A stretch of DNA of 64,000 nt from Candidatus Dojkabacteria bacterium (GCA_025999215.1 AP024679.1:357645-421644), one strand, 5' to 3'; counted from the stretch's first letter, positions 50,469 to 60,896 are shown. The notes: a model not told the origin generated them from the letters alone. Made by a program: numbers and translations.

Positions 50469-50988
50469 ATTAAAAATAAAGAATCAAAAATTGAAGAAAG
50501 CATCAAGTCTGGTCGAGGTTTTAATCATTTTGAGCATTATCTCAACTACTGTAATTGCATCAACAACAATTGCAGTTAATTCTCAAAAGTCTCTCATACG
50601 CAATGAAAGAGAGGAGGTAGTTAATGCAAGCATAATTGCGGGGTTAGAAATTGTTAAAAGTCCTACCAATGTTTTAGTTTTGGGTGATCCAATTAATCCT
50701 GGCTCTTCTAAAGTGTATAGATTAACAAAACAAACAAATCCTGACAGGTATGTGTTAGAGGAAAGATCTGAAGAATTACAAAACTGTACAAATAATAGCC
50801 CTTTTCAAGTATCCATTGATAATTTGGGGCAAGAAGTAAATTTTCCGTTATGTTTGAGCGTTACAATTACTAGACAACAGGGACAAGAAAGTTACTTGGT
50901 TACCGTCAAAGCAGTTTATCAAAATGCTAGCACACAAGATACAAAGACTTTAATTGGTTATAGAAATGATGAATTTACTTTTATTTAA
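50437..50988 (+). CDS. Minor pilin
   Basis: KKA|SSLVEVLIILSII. Confidence 0.8.
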   Translation: MQITMFLNLIKLKIKNQKLKKASSLVEVLIILSIISTTVIASTTIAVNSQKSLIRNEREEVVNASIIAGLEIVKSPTNVLVLGDPINPGSSKVYRLTKQTNPDRYVLEERSEELQNCTNNSPFQVSIDNLGQEVNFPLCLSVTITRQQGQESYLVTVKAVYQNASTQDTKTLIGYRNDEFTFI

Positions 50989-51490
50989 AACAAAAAAAGG
51001 CTACTCCTTAGTTGAGGTGGTCGTTAGCTTAGCAATAATTGCTATTATTATAACTATATTGTTTAACACTGTTTTGATAACTATTAGAATTAGTTATAAA
51101 AATTTTGCAAGAAGTTTAATCCGTGAAGAGTTGTCCGAAATATCAACTTTGATATCAAGGGATGTCCGAAATGCTGACCAAATTCTATCGTGTACTGGTA
51201 GCGCTTGTGAGATGGTCAGAGATGGTGTTATTATTCGTTGGACTCTTTGCGATTCTGTTTCTGTTTGTAGACAAGAGTCTCAAGATGGTATAAATTATGT
51301 TAATTTGTATCAAACTTTAGATTTTATAATTATAAATTTATTAAATTTTGAGAATGGTTTTGGTGTTGATGAAAATTTAGCCCAGAGAAATATAGTTTTT
51401 ACTATGGTAGCTGAGCATTCAAATCCAGATTTAAGTATTTCAAATGTTATAAGACAACAAAGTGTATCAACTAGAAACTTTAGCCGCTAA
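50966..51490 (+). CDS. Minor pilin (PilW-like)
   Basis: KKG|YSLVEVVVSLAII...ISRDVRNA. Confidence 0.82.
   Translation: MMNLLLFKTKKGYSLVEVVVSLAIIAIIITILFNTVLITIRISYKNFARSLIREELSEISTLISRDVRNADQILSCTGSACEMVRDGVIIRWTLCDSVSVCRQESQDGINYVNLYQTLDFIIINLLNFENGFGVDENLAQRNIVFTMVAEHSNPDLSISNVIRQQSVSTRNFSR
51132..51170. repeat. TGTCCGAA motif cluster 6 (2 copies)
   Basis: TGTCCGAA at 51132 (LSE) and 51163 (DVRN), in different codon phases. Confidence 0.8.
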
Positions 51491-52352
51491 AAAAAATGCT
51501 CAAATAATGTTAATTACCTTAATGGTTTTAGTTATTTTGGGGGTAATTATAAGTGGAATTGTAATTATTTTACAAAGTGATACCAGTCAAACTGTATCAA
51601 ATGAAAAATACGAACAGTTGTATAATAATGCCGAAGAGAACTTGAAAAAAATCGCTAAAGATTACGCTGCTTACACAGTATCTTTATCTTCAATTCCCAC
51701 TAATTTTACGGAATGTGTAGAACAAATTGCTGGCATAAAATATCAATGTCAATTCAATGATTCACAATTTACCACCATTTCCGTTTCAAACACTACCCAA
51801 ATAGAAGAGTCTAAGGTGGTTAGTGATTATGAAATTAAAAAAGATGAAATGTTTACAATTAATTTAAATAATTATAAAAATGAAATTATTTTTAAATGGG
51901 ATCGTGACTCTGCAATTGAGTTAGGTTTATTATTTCAAGATTCTGCGGGACAATATAGAATAGTTAAAGATGTTTTTGATCCCACAAATTTATTTAGCAG
52001 TGGGACCGTTAATCCACATTCATTTAATTTTAGTCCAATAAGCGGAGAGGATCCTAATAAAAGTTTTTCTATCGATTTATCTAGCGTATCTAGTGTAGGT
52101 TCGACAGACAATTTATTGTATCTTACTGTAACACCAAGAATGAGAGATACTTTTGGGAGTATTAGAATAAATATTGAACCCCTTGATCCTTCAACTTTTC
52201 CATATCAGGTACGAATTATTACTTCTTCCTCACTTGATCAAAATGATGGACAAAGCCCAGTTGTAAAACTACAAACTCAAATACCGCTCACTCCGCAAAT
52301 AGATTCAATATTTGACTACTCTCTTTTGTCAAATGGAGATATAGGTTTATAG
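51462..52352 (+). CDS. PilX/GspK-like minor pilin (no Glu5)
   Basis: KKNA|QIMLITLMVLVILG...YNNAE; last and largest of the minor pilins. Confidence 0.7.
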   Translation: MYQLETLAAKKNAQIMLITLMVLVILGVIISGIVIILQSDTSQTVSNEKYEQLYNNAEENLKKIAKDYAAYTVSLSSIPTNFTECVEQIAGIKYQCQFNDSQFTTISVSNTTQIEESKVVSDYEIKKDEMFTINLNNYKNEIIFKWDRDSAIELGLLFQDSAGQYRIVKDVFDPTNLFSSGTVNPHSFNFSPISGEDPNKSFSIDLSSVSSVGSTDNLLYLTVTPRMRDTFGSIRINIEPLDPSTFPYQVRIITSSSLDQNDGQSPVVKLQTQIPLTPQIDSIFDYSLLSNGDIGL

Positions 52353-52410
52353 AAATTGTAATTATTAAAATTTTAAATTATCATTAAATAGTTTATATTA
52401 AAATTTGTTT

Positions 52411-53442
52411 ATGGCACAGTTACCAGATTTTTTCGGACTAGATTTAGGACATAATTCCTTTAAGATGATTGATTTAAAGCTTAAAAATAATAAGGCAGAG
52501 CTTGAAAATTTACATGTAGCAAAAGCGCAGGAATTAGATTGGAATAATATGGACGCGTCTACCATCAAAAAGGTTTCTGAAATTTTAAGTAGTGAAATTA
52601 AAAAATCAAAAATTAAGGCTAAAAATTGTGTTTTATCTCTTCCAGAATCTTCAGTATTTTCTCGATTAATTAGGCTTCCAAAAGTCAAAGATGATGAAGT
52701 TTCAGAATCAATTCAGTGGGCTATCAAGCCTTTAATACCTGTAGATATAAATGATGTAAATATTTCTTTTTTGGAAATTGACACTGTGAATGAAGACAAG
52801 CAGGAATTTATAAATTGGTATGTAGTAGCTGCACCTAAAAAATTAGTTGAAAAGATTGTTGATACAATTGAGGGGGCTGGATTGAGGCTTTTGGCAATTG
52901 AGACTGAAGCCCTAGCCATAACGCGATCGGTTTACTTTAATCATTCTCCAAAAAGCGATGTGATAATAATAGATTTTGGTGCTAAAAGTACTAATGTCAT
53001 ACTCTCTAGAAATGGAGTTGTTATGTTTGCTCAAACAATTAATACAGGATCAGACGATTTGACAAAAGTAATAGCTTCTGATTACGGTATTGATATTGAA
53101 ATTGCAGAAAAATATAAAAACTCGTTTGGTATTGATAAAACTTTAGGGGAGGGAAAAATTGCAAGTTCAATTGAACCTGTAATGAATGTAATGATAAGTG
53201 AAATTTCTCGGGCTTTGACTTATTTTCGCGAAAGAATAAGCGATAAACCAGCAAATGAAATATACCTAACTGGAGGAGGTGCGAGTTTGCCTGGATTAGA
53301 GTCATATGTCACAAGTAAAATTGGTCTTCAGGCAAAGCTTGTTAATCCGTTTTTAAATATAGATTTGAAAAATAAAAAGCTTGAAAACATGAATATAAAT
53401 AGCTTTAGTGTTGCAGTTGGATTAGCTTTAAAAACTAGTTAG
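52411..53442 (+). CDS. pilM: PilM actin-like alignment protein
   Basis: GLDLG, IDFGAKST, LTGGGA, VAVGLAL. Confidence 0.92.
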   Translation: MAQLPDFFGLDLGHNSFKMIDLKLKNNKAELENLHVAKAQELDWNNMDASTIKKVSEILSSEIKKSKIKAKNCVLSLPESSVFSRLIRLPKVKDDEVSESIQWAIKPLIPVDINDVNISFLEIDTVNEDKQEFINWYVVAAPKKLVEKIVDTIEGAGLRLLAIETEALAITRSVYFNHSPKSDVIIIDFGAKSTNVILSRNGVVMFAQTINTGSDDLTKVIASDYGIDIEIAEKYKNSFGIDKTLGEGKIASSIEPVMNVMISEISRALTYFRERISDKPANEIYLTGGGASLPGLESYVTSKIGLQAKLVNPFLNIDLKNKKLENMNINSFSVAVGLALKTS

Positions 53443-53443
53443 T

Positions 53444-54016
53444 ATGAGTAATAAAGGGAAGCAATTATTTAAATTTAACTTAATACCTCCAAAATCAAAA
53501 CAAGAGCAGGAGGTTTTAGCTGAACGAGATAACTCCCTACTATATTCAGTCTTTTTAATTTTCTTTGTTTCTTTTGTGTACTTTTTAATGACTGTTGTCG
53601 ATACCTTTGTGATAATTCCTCGTATACAAAATTTGGATAAAAGTATAGCGCAACAAACAAGTCAAATTAAAACATATGATTTTGTTAGAGAATTGAAAGG
53701 CGAATTATTTGTTAAAGCTCAGGTTTTGGAACCACTATTGGAACTAGATATTGAAGCAATTGAGTTGTTAAGGAATTCAGATTTAATTTTAACTGAAGTT
53801 TCAAATGCTCAAATTGTAGCTTATGAAAGAGAACCTGATGGTACCTTTGTTATTACCGTGATAGTTGATAGCTATGAAGATTCAAAAAAAATACTTGATA
53901 ATGCATTAAACAATTCGAACCTTGATGAAGTTTTTTTAAGGCAGGCGCGATATCAAGATAATAATGCGACTGTAAGAGTAACTTTGGCATTTGTTATAAA
54001 ATCTGATCTAAAATGA
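53444..54016 (+). CDS. PilN-like protein
   Basis: FNLIP (INLLP-like) motif plus TM, directly after pilM. Confidence 0.72.
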   Translation: MSNKGKQLFKFNLIPPKSKQEQEVLAERDNSLLYSVFLIFFVSFVYFLMTVVDTFVIIPRIQNLDKSIAQQTSQIKTYDFVRELKGELFVKAQVLEPLLELDIEAIELLRNSDLILTEVSNAQIVAYEREPDGTFVITVIVDSYEDSKKILDNALNNSNLDEVFLRQARYQDNNATVRVTLAFVIKSDLK

Positions 54017-54747
54017 ACGATTTTATTGTAAAACCAAAAACTAAAAAACAACAACAACGAGAAGAGATTATTAAAAATTTGAAGCTTTTTGTTTTACCTT
54101 TGTTTACATTTTTGGTATTCATTGCAATATTATTTTTCTTTGTCATACCAAAGTTACAGATTTTGTTTGAACATGCGGAAGAGATAAATATAAAAAATCA
54201 AGAAATTAAGAAAAATAATGAAGAATTGGCGGATTTAGATTCCGTTTTTCAGCAAGTGCCAGTTATTGAAAACCAACTTTCTGAAGTTGAAGAAATAGCA
54301 AGTTCAGGAGATACTAAAATTGTTGAGTATAGAAACAGAGTTGTAAAGCTTGCCCAAGATAATGGTTTGGTGGTTAAATCTGAACGATTGAACGAAGTTG
54401 TTGAGGCAAGAATACCGGATGATTTAAGTCAAACTAATTTTATATCAAGGTTGGGCTTACAAGAAGTTCCAGCATTTTTTGAATTTAGAGGTTCTTTAAA
54501 TAACTTAAAAGAGTTTTTAACAGAATTAGATACTCTACCCGACTTTGTAATAATAAAAGAACTTGACTTTAATATTGCTAATGCCAGTGAAGTTAATTTT
54601 AGAGATCAGGAATGGGCTTTGGAAATTCAGCTTGTAAAATATCAATTTAGAGTGAAAGATGAAGAGTTAAAAGATCTCTACAGAAACATACCAATCAATG
54701 TTCAAATTAATGATAGAATCATTGAATATTTAACAAATAGAAGTTAG
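54013..54747 (+). CDS. PilO-like protein
   Basis: TM, coiled coil, RGSLNNLKEFLTELDTLP. Confidence 0.72.
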   Translation: MNDFIVKPKTKKQQQREEIIKNLKLFVLPLFTFLVFIAILFFFVIPKLQILFEHAEEINIKNQEIKKNNEELADLDSVFQQVPVIENQLSEVEEIASSGDTKIVEYRNRVVKLAQDNGLVVKSERLNEVVEARIPDDLSQTNFISRLGLQEVPAFFEFRGSLNNLKEFLTELDTLPDFVIIKELDFNIANASEVNFRDQEWALEIQLVKYQFRVKDEELKDLYRNIPINVQINDRIIEYLTNRS

Positions 54748-54757
54748 ATAGAAAAAA

Positions 54758-55129
54758 TTATGATTGTGAGTTAGCGTTTTCTGAAGCTTCTACTTCCTCT
54801 GTTTTTTGTTCTTGAACATCATTAGTTTCACTTTTCTGCTTTCGTTCTTGAGATTTTTTCCCTGGTTCTTTTTTGAAAGTTTTAGTTGGTAGAGGCTCGA
54901 TCAATCCTTTTTTAGCTAACATTCTATGTACAGTATCTGAAGGTTTTGCGCCCACAGATAGCCAATATTTAATCCTATCTTCTTTTAAAAGAATTTCTTT
55001 AGTGTGAGGATTGTAGCTTCCTAGATACTCAATTGCTTTAGAGTCTCTAGCATATCTGCTATCAATAGCAACAATTCTATAAGTTGCATAATTCTTTCTT
55101 CCTGTTCTTGTTAATCTAATTGCTACCAT
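54758..55129 (-). CDS. rpsP: 30S ribosomal protein bS16
   Basis: MVAIRLTRTG, YRIVAIDSR, WLSVGAKPSDTV. Confidence 0.97.
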   Translation of the reverse strand: MVAIRLTRTGRKNYATYRIVAIDSRYARDSKAIEYLGSYNPHTKEILLKEDRIKYWLSVGAKPSDTVHRMLAKKGLIEPLPTKTFKKEPGKKSQERKQKSETNDVQEQKTEEVEASENANSQS

Positions 55130-55182
55130 ATTTTTGTAATTAAACTTTATTATTCTATCAGAAAAAACAAATTAAAACAATA

Positions 55183-55899
55183 TTAATCATTAAAAAATTT
55201 TTTATATAAATCATCCCAATTGTTTAGAGCTTTGGTTGCTGCGTCTTGTTCTGCCTCTTGCTTACTTTTTCCTTTTCCTGTAGCAAAAATATAATCACCA
55301 ATTTTGACAGCCATTTCAAAAACTTTGTTGTGATCAGGTCCGCTTGCTGATACTAGTTCATACGTTGGTGTAATTTTTGTAACTTCCTGAGAAAGTTCTT
55401 GTAATTTGGATTTTGAATCAATATCAAGTCTTTTATTAATAATTTTTTCAATTTTATAGCAAATATTTTTAATTATGAAGGTTTGGCAGGCTTTATACCC
55501 TTGATCTAAGTATAGAGCTCCTATCACTGCTTCTAGAGTGTTGGCTAAAATGTATGGTCGCTCTCTGCCACCTGTAGCCTCTTCTCCATTGCTCATGTAT
55601 ATAAATTTGCCAATTCCTAATCGTTTGGCTTCTTCAGCTAAACTTTCTGTTTTAACTAAAGCTGCTCTGAAGCTTGTTAAATCTCCTTCCGGATAGCTAG
55701 GATAATTTAAATATAAAAATTCAGTAGTGACTAACTCAAGCACAGCATCTCCCAAAAACTCTAGTCTTTCATTACTTTCAAAATTATTGTTTGCTTCGTT
55801 TATTATTGATTTGTGAACTAATGCTGTGTGAAACAAATCCTCTGTTTTTGGATTTATTTCTAATTTTTCAAAAAATTTTTTTAAATCATTTTTTTTCAT
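55183..55899 (-). CDS. rnc: Ribonuclease III
   Basis: NERLEFLGDAVL; dsRBD GPDH...GKSKQEAEQ. Confidence 0.97.
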   Translation of the reverse strand: MKKNDLKKFFEKLEINPKTEDLFHTALVHKSIINEANNNFESNERLEFLGDAVLELVTTEFLYLNYPSYPEGDLTSFRAALVKTESLAEEAKRLGIGKFIYMSNGEEATGGRERPYILANTLEAVIGALYLDQGYKACQTFIIKNICYKIEKIINKRLDIDSKSKLQELSQEVTKITPTYELVSASGPDHNKVFEMAVKIGDYIFATGKGKSKQEAEQDAATKALNNWDDLYKKFFND

Positions 55900-56368
55900 A
55901 TAAATTAGCTAACTTTTCTTTTAGTTCTTGTGAATCTAAAATTGAACCTAAAACACCGTTTACAAAAGCACCATTTTCTTTGGATCCCATTTCTTTTGCA
56001 AGTTCAATTGCTTCATCTATTACAACCTTTTCGGGGTTTCTTCTTTCTATAAACCCTTCATAAATGGCCATTCTTAATATGTTCAAATCCACAGGATTGA
56101 TAAGTTCTATAGGCCATGAGGGCGCTAATTTTTGAATTATTGGATCAATTTCTTTAATGTATTTAAGAGTTCCTTCTACAAGCGCTTCATATAAACTCGT
56201 ATTAAACTTTGTTTCTTCCAGTTCTGCTAGGATTGAATTAGGTTCCAAAGGGACCATGTGATCAATGACATCTGAAAATTTAGGGGCTTGAGTAACATAA
56301 AAAAGATACTGCACTGCTAGCAGTCTTGCAAGATGTCTAGGATCTTTAATTTTTTGTAAATTATTCAT
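55886..56368 (-). CDS. nusB: Transcription antitermination factor NusB
   Basis: RHLAR, VDLNILRMAIYE, VIDEAIELAK, FVNGVL. Confidence 0.95.
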   Translation of the reverse strand: MNNLQKIKDPRHLARLLAVQYLFYVTQAPKFSDVIDHMVPLEPNSILAELEETKFNTSLYEALVEGTLKYIKEIDPIIQKLAPSWPIELINPVDLNILRMAIYEGFIERRNPEKVVIDEAIELAKEMGSKENGAFVNGVLGSILDSQELKEKLANLYEKK

Positions 56369-56374
56369 TAGAAC

Positions 56375-56587
56375 TTAATTATTAATCACTTTCACCCCTT
56401 TATGTTCTGGATTTAGTTTGGTAACTCTATGCGGAGGTACTTTAACATTATTTTTAGCTTTAATTAAAAATGTCCCTCCGTATTTTCTTAATTTTTTAAA
56501 CTTTTTAAGTAATTTATCATATCGATCAGCTCCTCTTGTAGATTTTCTTTTGCTGGAGCTTCTTCTGTGTTTCATTGTTGCTGCCAT
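56375..56587 (-). CDS. rpmF: 50S ribosomal protein bL32, Cys-free form
   Basis: MA..KHRRSSSKRKSTR...PPHRV...HKGVKVI; rpmF-nusB-rnc synteny. Confidence 0.75.
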   Translation of the reverse strand: MAATMKHRRSSSKRKSTRGADRYDKLLKKFKKLRKYGGTFLIKAKNNVKVPPHRVTKLNPEHKGVKVINN

Positions 56588-56663
56588 GAGTTTTCCATTA
56601 AAATTTTATACCTCAAATTTTAGCATTGTTTTTAAAATTAGTCTAATAAATTTTTATTTTGAT

Positions 56664-56703
56664 AAAAGAAGCGATGGGCGAATTTCGCCCATCGCTTCTT
56701 TTT
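56664..56703. terminator. Strong symmetric intrinsic terminator
   Basis: AAAAGAAGCGATGGGCG-aattt-CGCCCATCGCTTCTTTT. Confidence 0.88.
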
Positions 56704-56788
56704 CTCTAGGTCCTACCCCCAACATCCTAGATTTACTACTTTATATCAAATGAGTTTTGCTTATTCATTGTATTATGACGCAAATTTT

Positions 56789-57325
56789 TTAATTTTTTTT
56801 TAGAAAGTAAATTTTGTTACTTCCCAAAGTTTTTTCAAGTATTAAAAAATATTTTGTTTGATTTAAAGATTGCGAGCTTGGCCATTTTAAAATAATTATG
56901 CCGTTAGTGTTTAAAATTTCATCAACTTCATCAAGCACTAAGGAGTTTAGATTATTAAAAGGTGGGTCAATGAAAACAATATCAAATTTTTCACTACAAT
57001 TTTTTATGAATTTTTTAAATGATGATTTGACTACTCTAAAACTATCTTGTTGTAGTTTTAATTTTTGCGCATTTTGTAAAATAATATTGGTCGCTTCACT
57101 ATCATTATCAACAAAAACACAAAAGTTAGCGCCTCTGCTCAATGCTTCAAAGCCGAAACTACCTGAACCCGCAAAAAGATCCAAAACTTGTGCATTTTTT
57201 ATTAACTCACCAAGTGTGTCAAATATAGAAGTTTTAATTCTATCGGTTACTGGTCTTGCATTTTGTGGAACTTTAAGTTTTTGGTTTTTAAACTTTCCGG
57301 AAATGATTCTTGGATTCATGAACAA
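56789..57325 (-). CDS. rsmD: 16S rRNA m2G966 methyltransferase
   Basis: RIISGK, LDLFAGSG, EALSRGA, FIDPPF. Confidence 0.92.
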   Translation of the reverse strand: MFMNPRIISGKFKNQKLKVPQNARPVTDRIKTSIFDTLGELIKNAQVLDLFAGSGSFGFEALSRGANFCVFVDNDSEATNIILQNAQKLKLQQDSFRVVKSSFKKFIKNCSEKFDIVFIDPPFNNLNSLVLDEVDEILNTNGIIILKWPSSQSLNQTKYFLILEKTLGSNKIYFLKKN

Positions 57326-57771
57326 AAAATAATATGCGATATGATTATTCCCGCTGATGTTGCTACGTTTAAAGATTCTTTTTGCCCTTGCATGGGAATA
57401 TGTACCGTTCCTAAAGAATTTGTTAAAAAACTTAAAGATACACCTGTAATTTCATGTCCGAATACTATTCCCAATTTGTCCGGATATTTAAATTTATGAA
57501 ATGGCACAGAATTTTTTGTAATTTCTGCTGTAATAATTGGTATATTGAGGGATTGAAGTTTATTTATACAATCTTCATTTTGTTTAAAATATTCCCACTC
57601 TACCCATTCTGTTGCGCCTAGAGCTGTTTTTTGAAGTTTTTTGTGTGGTGGGTATGGAGTTATGCCAGTAAGAAAAATTTTTTTTACTCCTAAGCCTTCG
57701 CATGTTCTAAAAATAGCCCCTACATTCAGCGCTGATCGAATGTTGTCTAAAATTACAAAAATGTCTTTCAT
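57316..57771 (-). CDS. TrmH/SpoU family RNA methyltransferase
   Basis: LDNIRSALNVGAIFRT, FGHEITG, ESLNVATS. Confidence 0.9.
   Translation of the reverse strand: MKDIFVILDNIRSALNVGAIFRTCEGLGVKKIFLTGITPYPPHKKLQKTALGATEWVEWEYFKQNEDCINKLQSLNIPIITAEITKNSVPFHKFKYPDKLGIVFGHEITGVSLSFLTNSLGTVHIPMQGQKESLNVATSAGIIISHIIFCS
57455..57484. repeat. TGTCCGAA motif cluster 7 (1 exact copy plus the variant TGTCCGGA)
   Basis: TGTCCGAA at 57455; TGTCCGGA at 57477. Confidence 0.65.
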
Positions 57772-57778
57772 TATATTA

Positions 57779-58606
57779 TTAGAGTATTAAAATAGTAATC
57801 AAACCAATAAAAATCATATATAGGCCGAAAATTCTCAAATTGGCATGCTTTAGAAAATTTATTAAAAATTCAATAGCTAGGTAGCCTGAAACAAATGAAA
57901 TTATAACTGCACTTAGTATGATGTCAAAATCTACAGCACTGATACTTTTATAATCAGTTAGTATTTTCCAAAATATGCCACCGCCAATTGATGGTATGCT
58001 AAGTAAAAATGCAAAATCAACGGCATCTTTAGTATTTAGTCCAACCATTTTGGAGCTAACAATACTCATTCCAGACCGTGATATTCCGTAAAACAAGGCC
58101 AAACTTTGACCGATACCAACAATGAATGCTCTTTTAAATCCTAAGTTTTTGAGAGAAGTTTTCTTTGAGGGATAAAAAAATGGCGCAAAAATATAGGTAA
58201 TACCCAACGCTACAAAGGAAAAAGACAGTATCAATACTACTTCAAATGATTCCTTTTCATAAAAATTTTCAACAAATGAATCAAATAAAACGCCAACTAC
58301 GCTCACCGGGATTGAAGCGATAATTAAAAGTTTAATAATTTTTAAGTTCTCTTCCTCTTTTCTTTTTAGTTTTGATTTCAAAATAAATTTTTTAACGCTT
58401 ATCAAAAATTTCATTATTTTTTTTTGATAATAAATGATTACAGCTATAAAAGTTCCTAAGTGAAGAAAAAGATTGATTGTGTTGGCACTTTCTTTTTCTA
58501 TGTTCAGAAGTTTATAAACAAGCAACACATGACCGCTGCTGGAGACCGGGATAAACTCTGTTGCACCCTGAACAATTGCTAATATCGCTACGTCTAAAAA
58601 ATTCAT
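57779..58606 (-). CDS. uppP: Undecaprenyl-diphosphatase (BacA)
   Basis: VQGATEFIPVSSSGH, GISRSG, FAFLLSIP. Confidence 0.95.
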   Translation of the reverse strand: MNFLDVAILAIVQGATEFIPVSSSGHVLLVYKLLNIEKESANTINLFLHLGTFIAVIIYYQKKIMKFLISVKKFILKSKLKRKEEENLKIIKLLIIASIPVSVVGVLFDSFVENFYEKESFEVVLILSFSFVALGITYIFAPFFYPSKKTSLKNLGFKRAFIVGIGQSLALFYGISRSGMSIVSSKMVGLNTKDAVDFAFLLSIPSIGGGIFWKILTDYKSISAVDFDIILSAVIISFVSGYLAIEFLINFLKHANLRIFGLYMIFIGLITILIL

Positions 58607-58615
58607 TGTAAATTA

Positions 58616-60619
58616 TTAAAATAAATTAATTTCCTTAATACCTTGATTATATAACATTTTGGCAATTTTTTTGCTTTTTTTGATAGTTTCTAAATTATTA
58701 AGTTGTGCTATTTTTAAATTTGGAATTCCAGTTTGAAGAGTGCCATAAATTTCACCAGGACCACGATTTTCTAGGTCAAATTGAGCTATTTTCATACCGT
58801 CAGAATTTTTAGCAAAAAATTCAATTCGTGATAGTTGCTTTGGATTTAAATTGTCAGCTGTAAATAAAAAACAGTAACTTTGCTTATCACCTCGGCCTAC
58901 CCTACCTCTAATTTGATGAAGTTGAGCGAGCCCAAATCGTTCGGCATTTTGTATCACCATAATTGTTGCATTTGGCACATCTATTCCAACCTCAATAACA
59001 GAAGTTGCAACGAGTATATCGATTTTATTGTCTTTGAAATTTTTCATGATTTCTTGTTTTTCTTTTTCTTTCATTTTTCCGTGTAAAAGTCCAACTTTAA
59101 ATTGTTTAAGATTCATTGTTTAAAAAATTGAAAACTTCTTTGCTTGATTTGGCATTTAATTTTTCACTTTCTTCTACTAGCGGACAAACCCAGTACGCTT
59201 GAGCTTTGTTTTGTGTAATTTCCTTTGTTGAGCCAATTGAGTAAATCCATTAGCTTGTTTGTGTGGTGTGATGAAAGTTTTAATGGGCTTTCTGTTTGTA
59301 GGTTTTGATTTGATTTCTATTACGCTTACGTCTCCAAACATGGTCTGGGCAATGGTGCGAGGAATTGGGGTTGCGCTCATGTTTATGAAATGCGGGAATT
59401 CTTTTTTGTTAAGTATAGATGTAAAAGGAGATAAAAGATCTTCTCTTTGATTTACTCCAAATCTATGTTGTTCATCGACGATTACTAGTCCTGGTTTGTT
59501 AATTAAATTTTGCTTTCTAGCAAGAACAGCTGTTGTACCAATTAAAATATCAGCTTGTTGTTGTTTTTTGGTTTTGCCAGTAACGAGGTTAATTGACAAA
59601 TTAAAATTTTTTAAAAATGTTTGAAAATTTTTGTACTGTTGTTCTGCAAGAATTGTGGTTGGAGCCAAAAAAATTACTTGATATCCGCTTAAAATTACTG
59701 GTATAGAAATTGCAATACTCACAATTGTTTTTCCACTTCCCACATCACCTTGAATCAATGCGTTAATTATATCTTTTTGCATCATTTGAGAGTTGAGATT
59801 TTGTATTGCTTCCATTTGATCTTTAGTTAGTTTAAATGGAAGTTCGTTTATTAATTTTTCTTGTTCCATAAAACTTTTGGGATTAATTTCAATAGCTTTA
59901 TGTTTTTTAAATTTTGCTCTGTTATTTTCTAGTTTAAGTTGGATTTGTATTAGCTCAATTAGACTAAGTAAGTTTATACTTTCTTCTAAAGCATCATAGT
60001 TTTCTGGAAAATGAATATTTTTCAATGCTTTCTTGATGTACTCTTGAGTTATTTCTATGGCTTCAAAATCTCTAGGCATTTCAACTGAAGAAATATTTTC
60101 AACCAAAAATTTCATTCTATTTCTAAACCACTTTTCACTAATACCTGAAGTGAGTGAGTATTTTGGAGTGATTCTTGCGGTATGAACTAAATCCTTCTCA
60201 GGTTTGAGAGCTTCAATGGTTGTTGGATACAAAACGAACTTAGATTTATTTTTTGTAAACTTTCCAATAATCATGTATTCGGTTTCAGGGTTTATAAAAT
60301 TAAGCAGATAAGGCTGGTTAAACCATATGCATTCTAGTTTTCCAGATTTATCATAAGCAATACCTTTTTGAATGCTTTTTTGAGATTTTAAGCGGATATT
60401 TTTAATATCTTCAAAAAAAACTTTTAATTGAATTTTTGTATCAAGTTTAGTATCGTCAAGGAGTACTTGCTGAATCGTTAAAATTTCTGTTGAATCTTCA
60501 TATTTTCTTGGAAAATACGTAAGTAAATCCTTTACTGTAAAGATATTTAACTTGTTTAGTTTTTTTGAATAGTACTCACTGATGTAAGGTAGAGATGATA
60601 TTTTATCTTGAAGATGCAT
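58616..60619 (-). CDS. recG: ATP-dependent DNA helicase RecG (indels at about 59120-59270 split it)
   Basis: QGDVGSGKT, DEQHRFGV, MSATPIPR, YWVCPLVEES in a shifted frame, VIEVGID, LHQIRGRVGR. Confidence 0.93.
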
Positions 60620-60621
60620 AA

Positions 60622-60741
60622 TTAACCTAGAATCACATCAATTATTATGATTAAGGGAGTTAAAACTAAGCTTACAAGTATCATAAATGTAATAAAAAGC
60701 GATACTAATTTTTTCAGTCTTGATTTTGTAAAAATTTTCAT
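60622..60741 (-). CDS. 39-aa single-TM small protein (below the ORF track cutoff)
   Basis: MKIFTKSRLKKLVSLFITFMILVSLVLTPLIIIIDVILG*; stop 2 nt before the recG ATG; upstream TTGCTT-17 nt-TAAAAT. Confidence 0.65.
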   Translation of the reverse strand: MKIFTKSRLKKLVSLFITFMILVSLVLTPLIIIIDVILG

Positions 60742-60896
60742 GAGTTATTTTATAACACTTTTTAAATCAAAGCAATTTTAGAAAAAGTTCAAAATATTTA
60801 TACATGTTGAACAAAATTATTACACATTCAATGTTAAAAACAACATGCTTTTTATTCACATGTTGTTTTTAACCTATTTCTAATTGAATAACTTGT

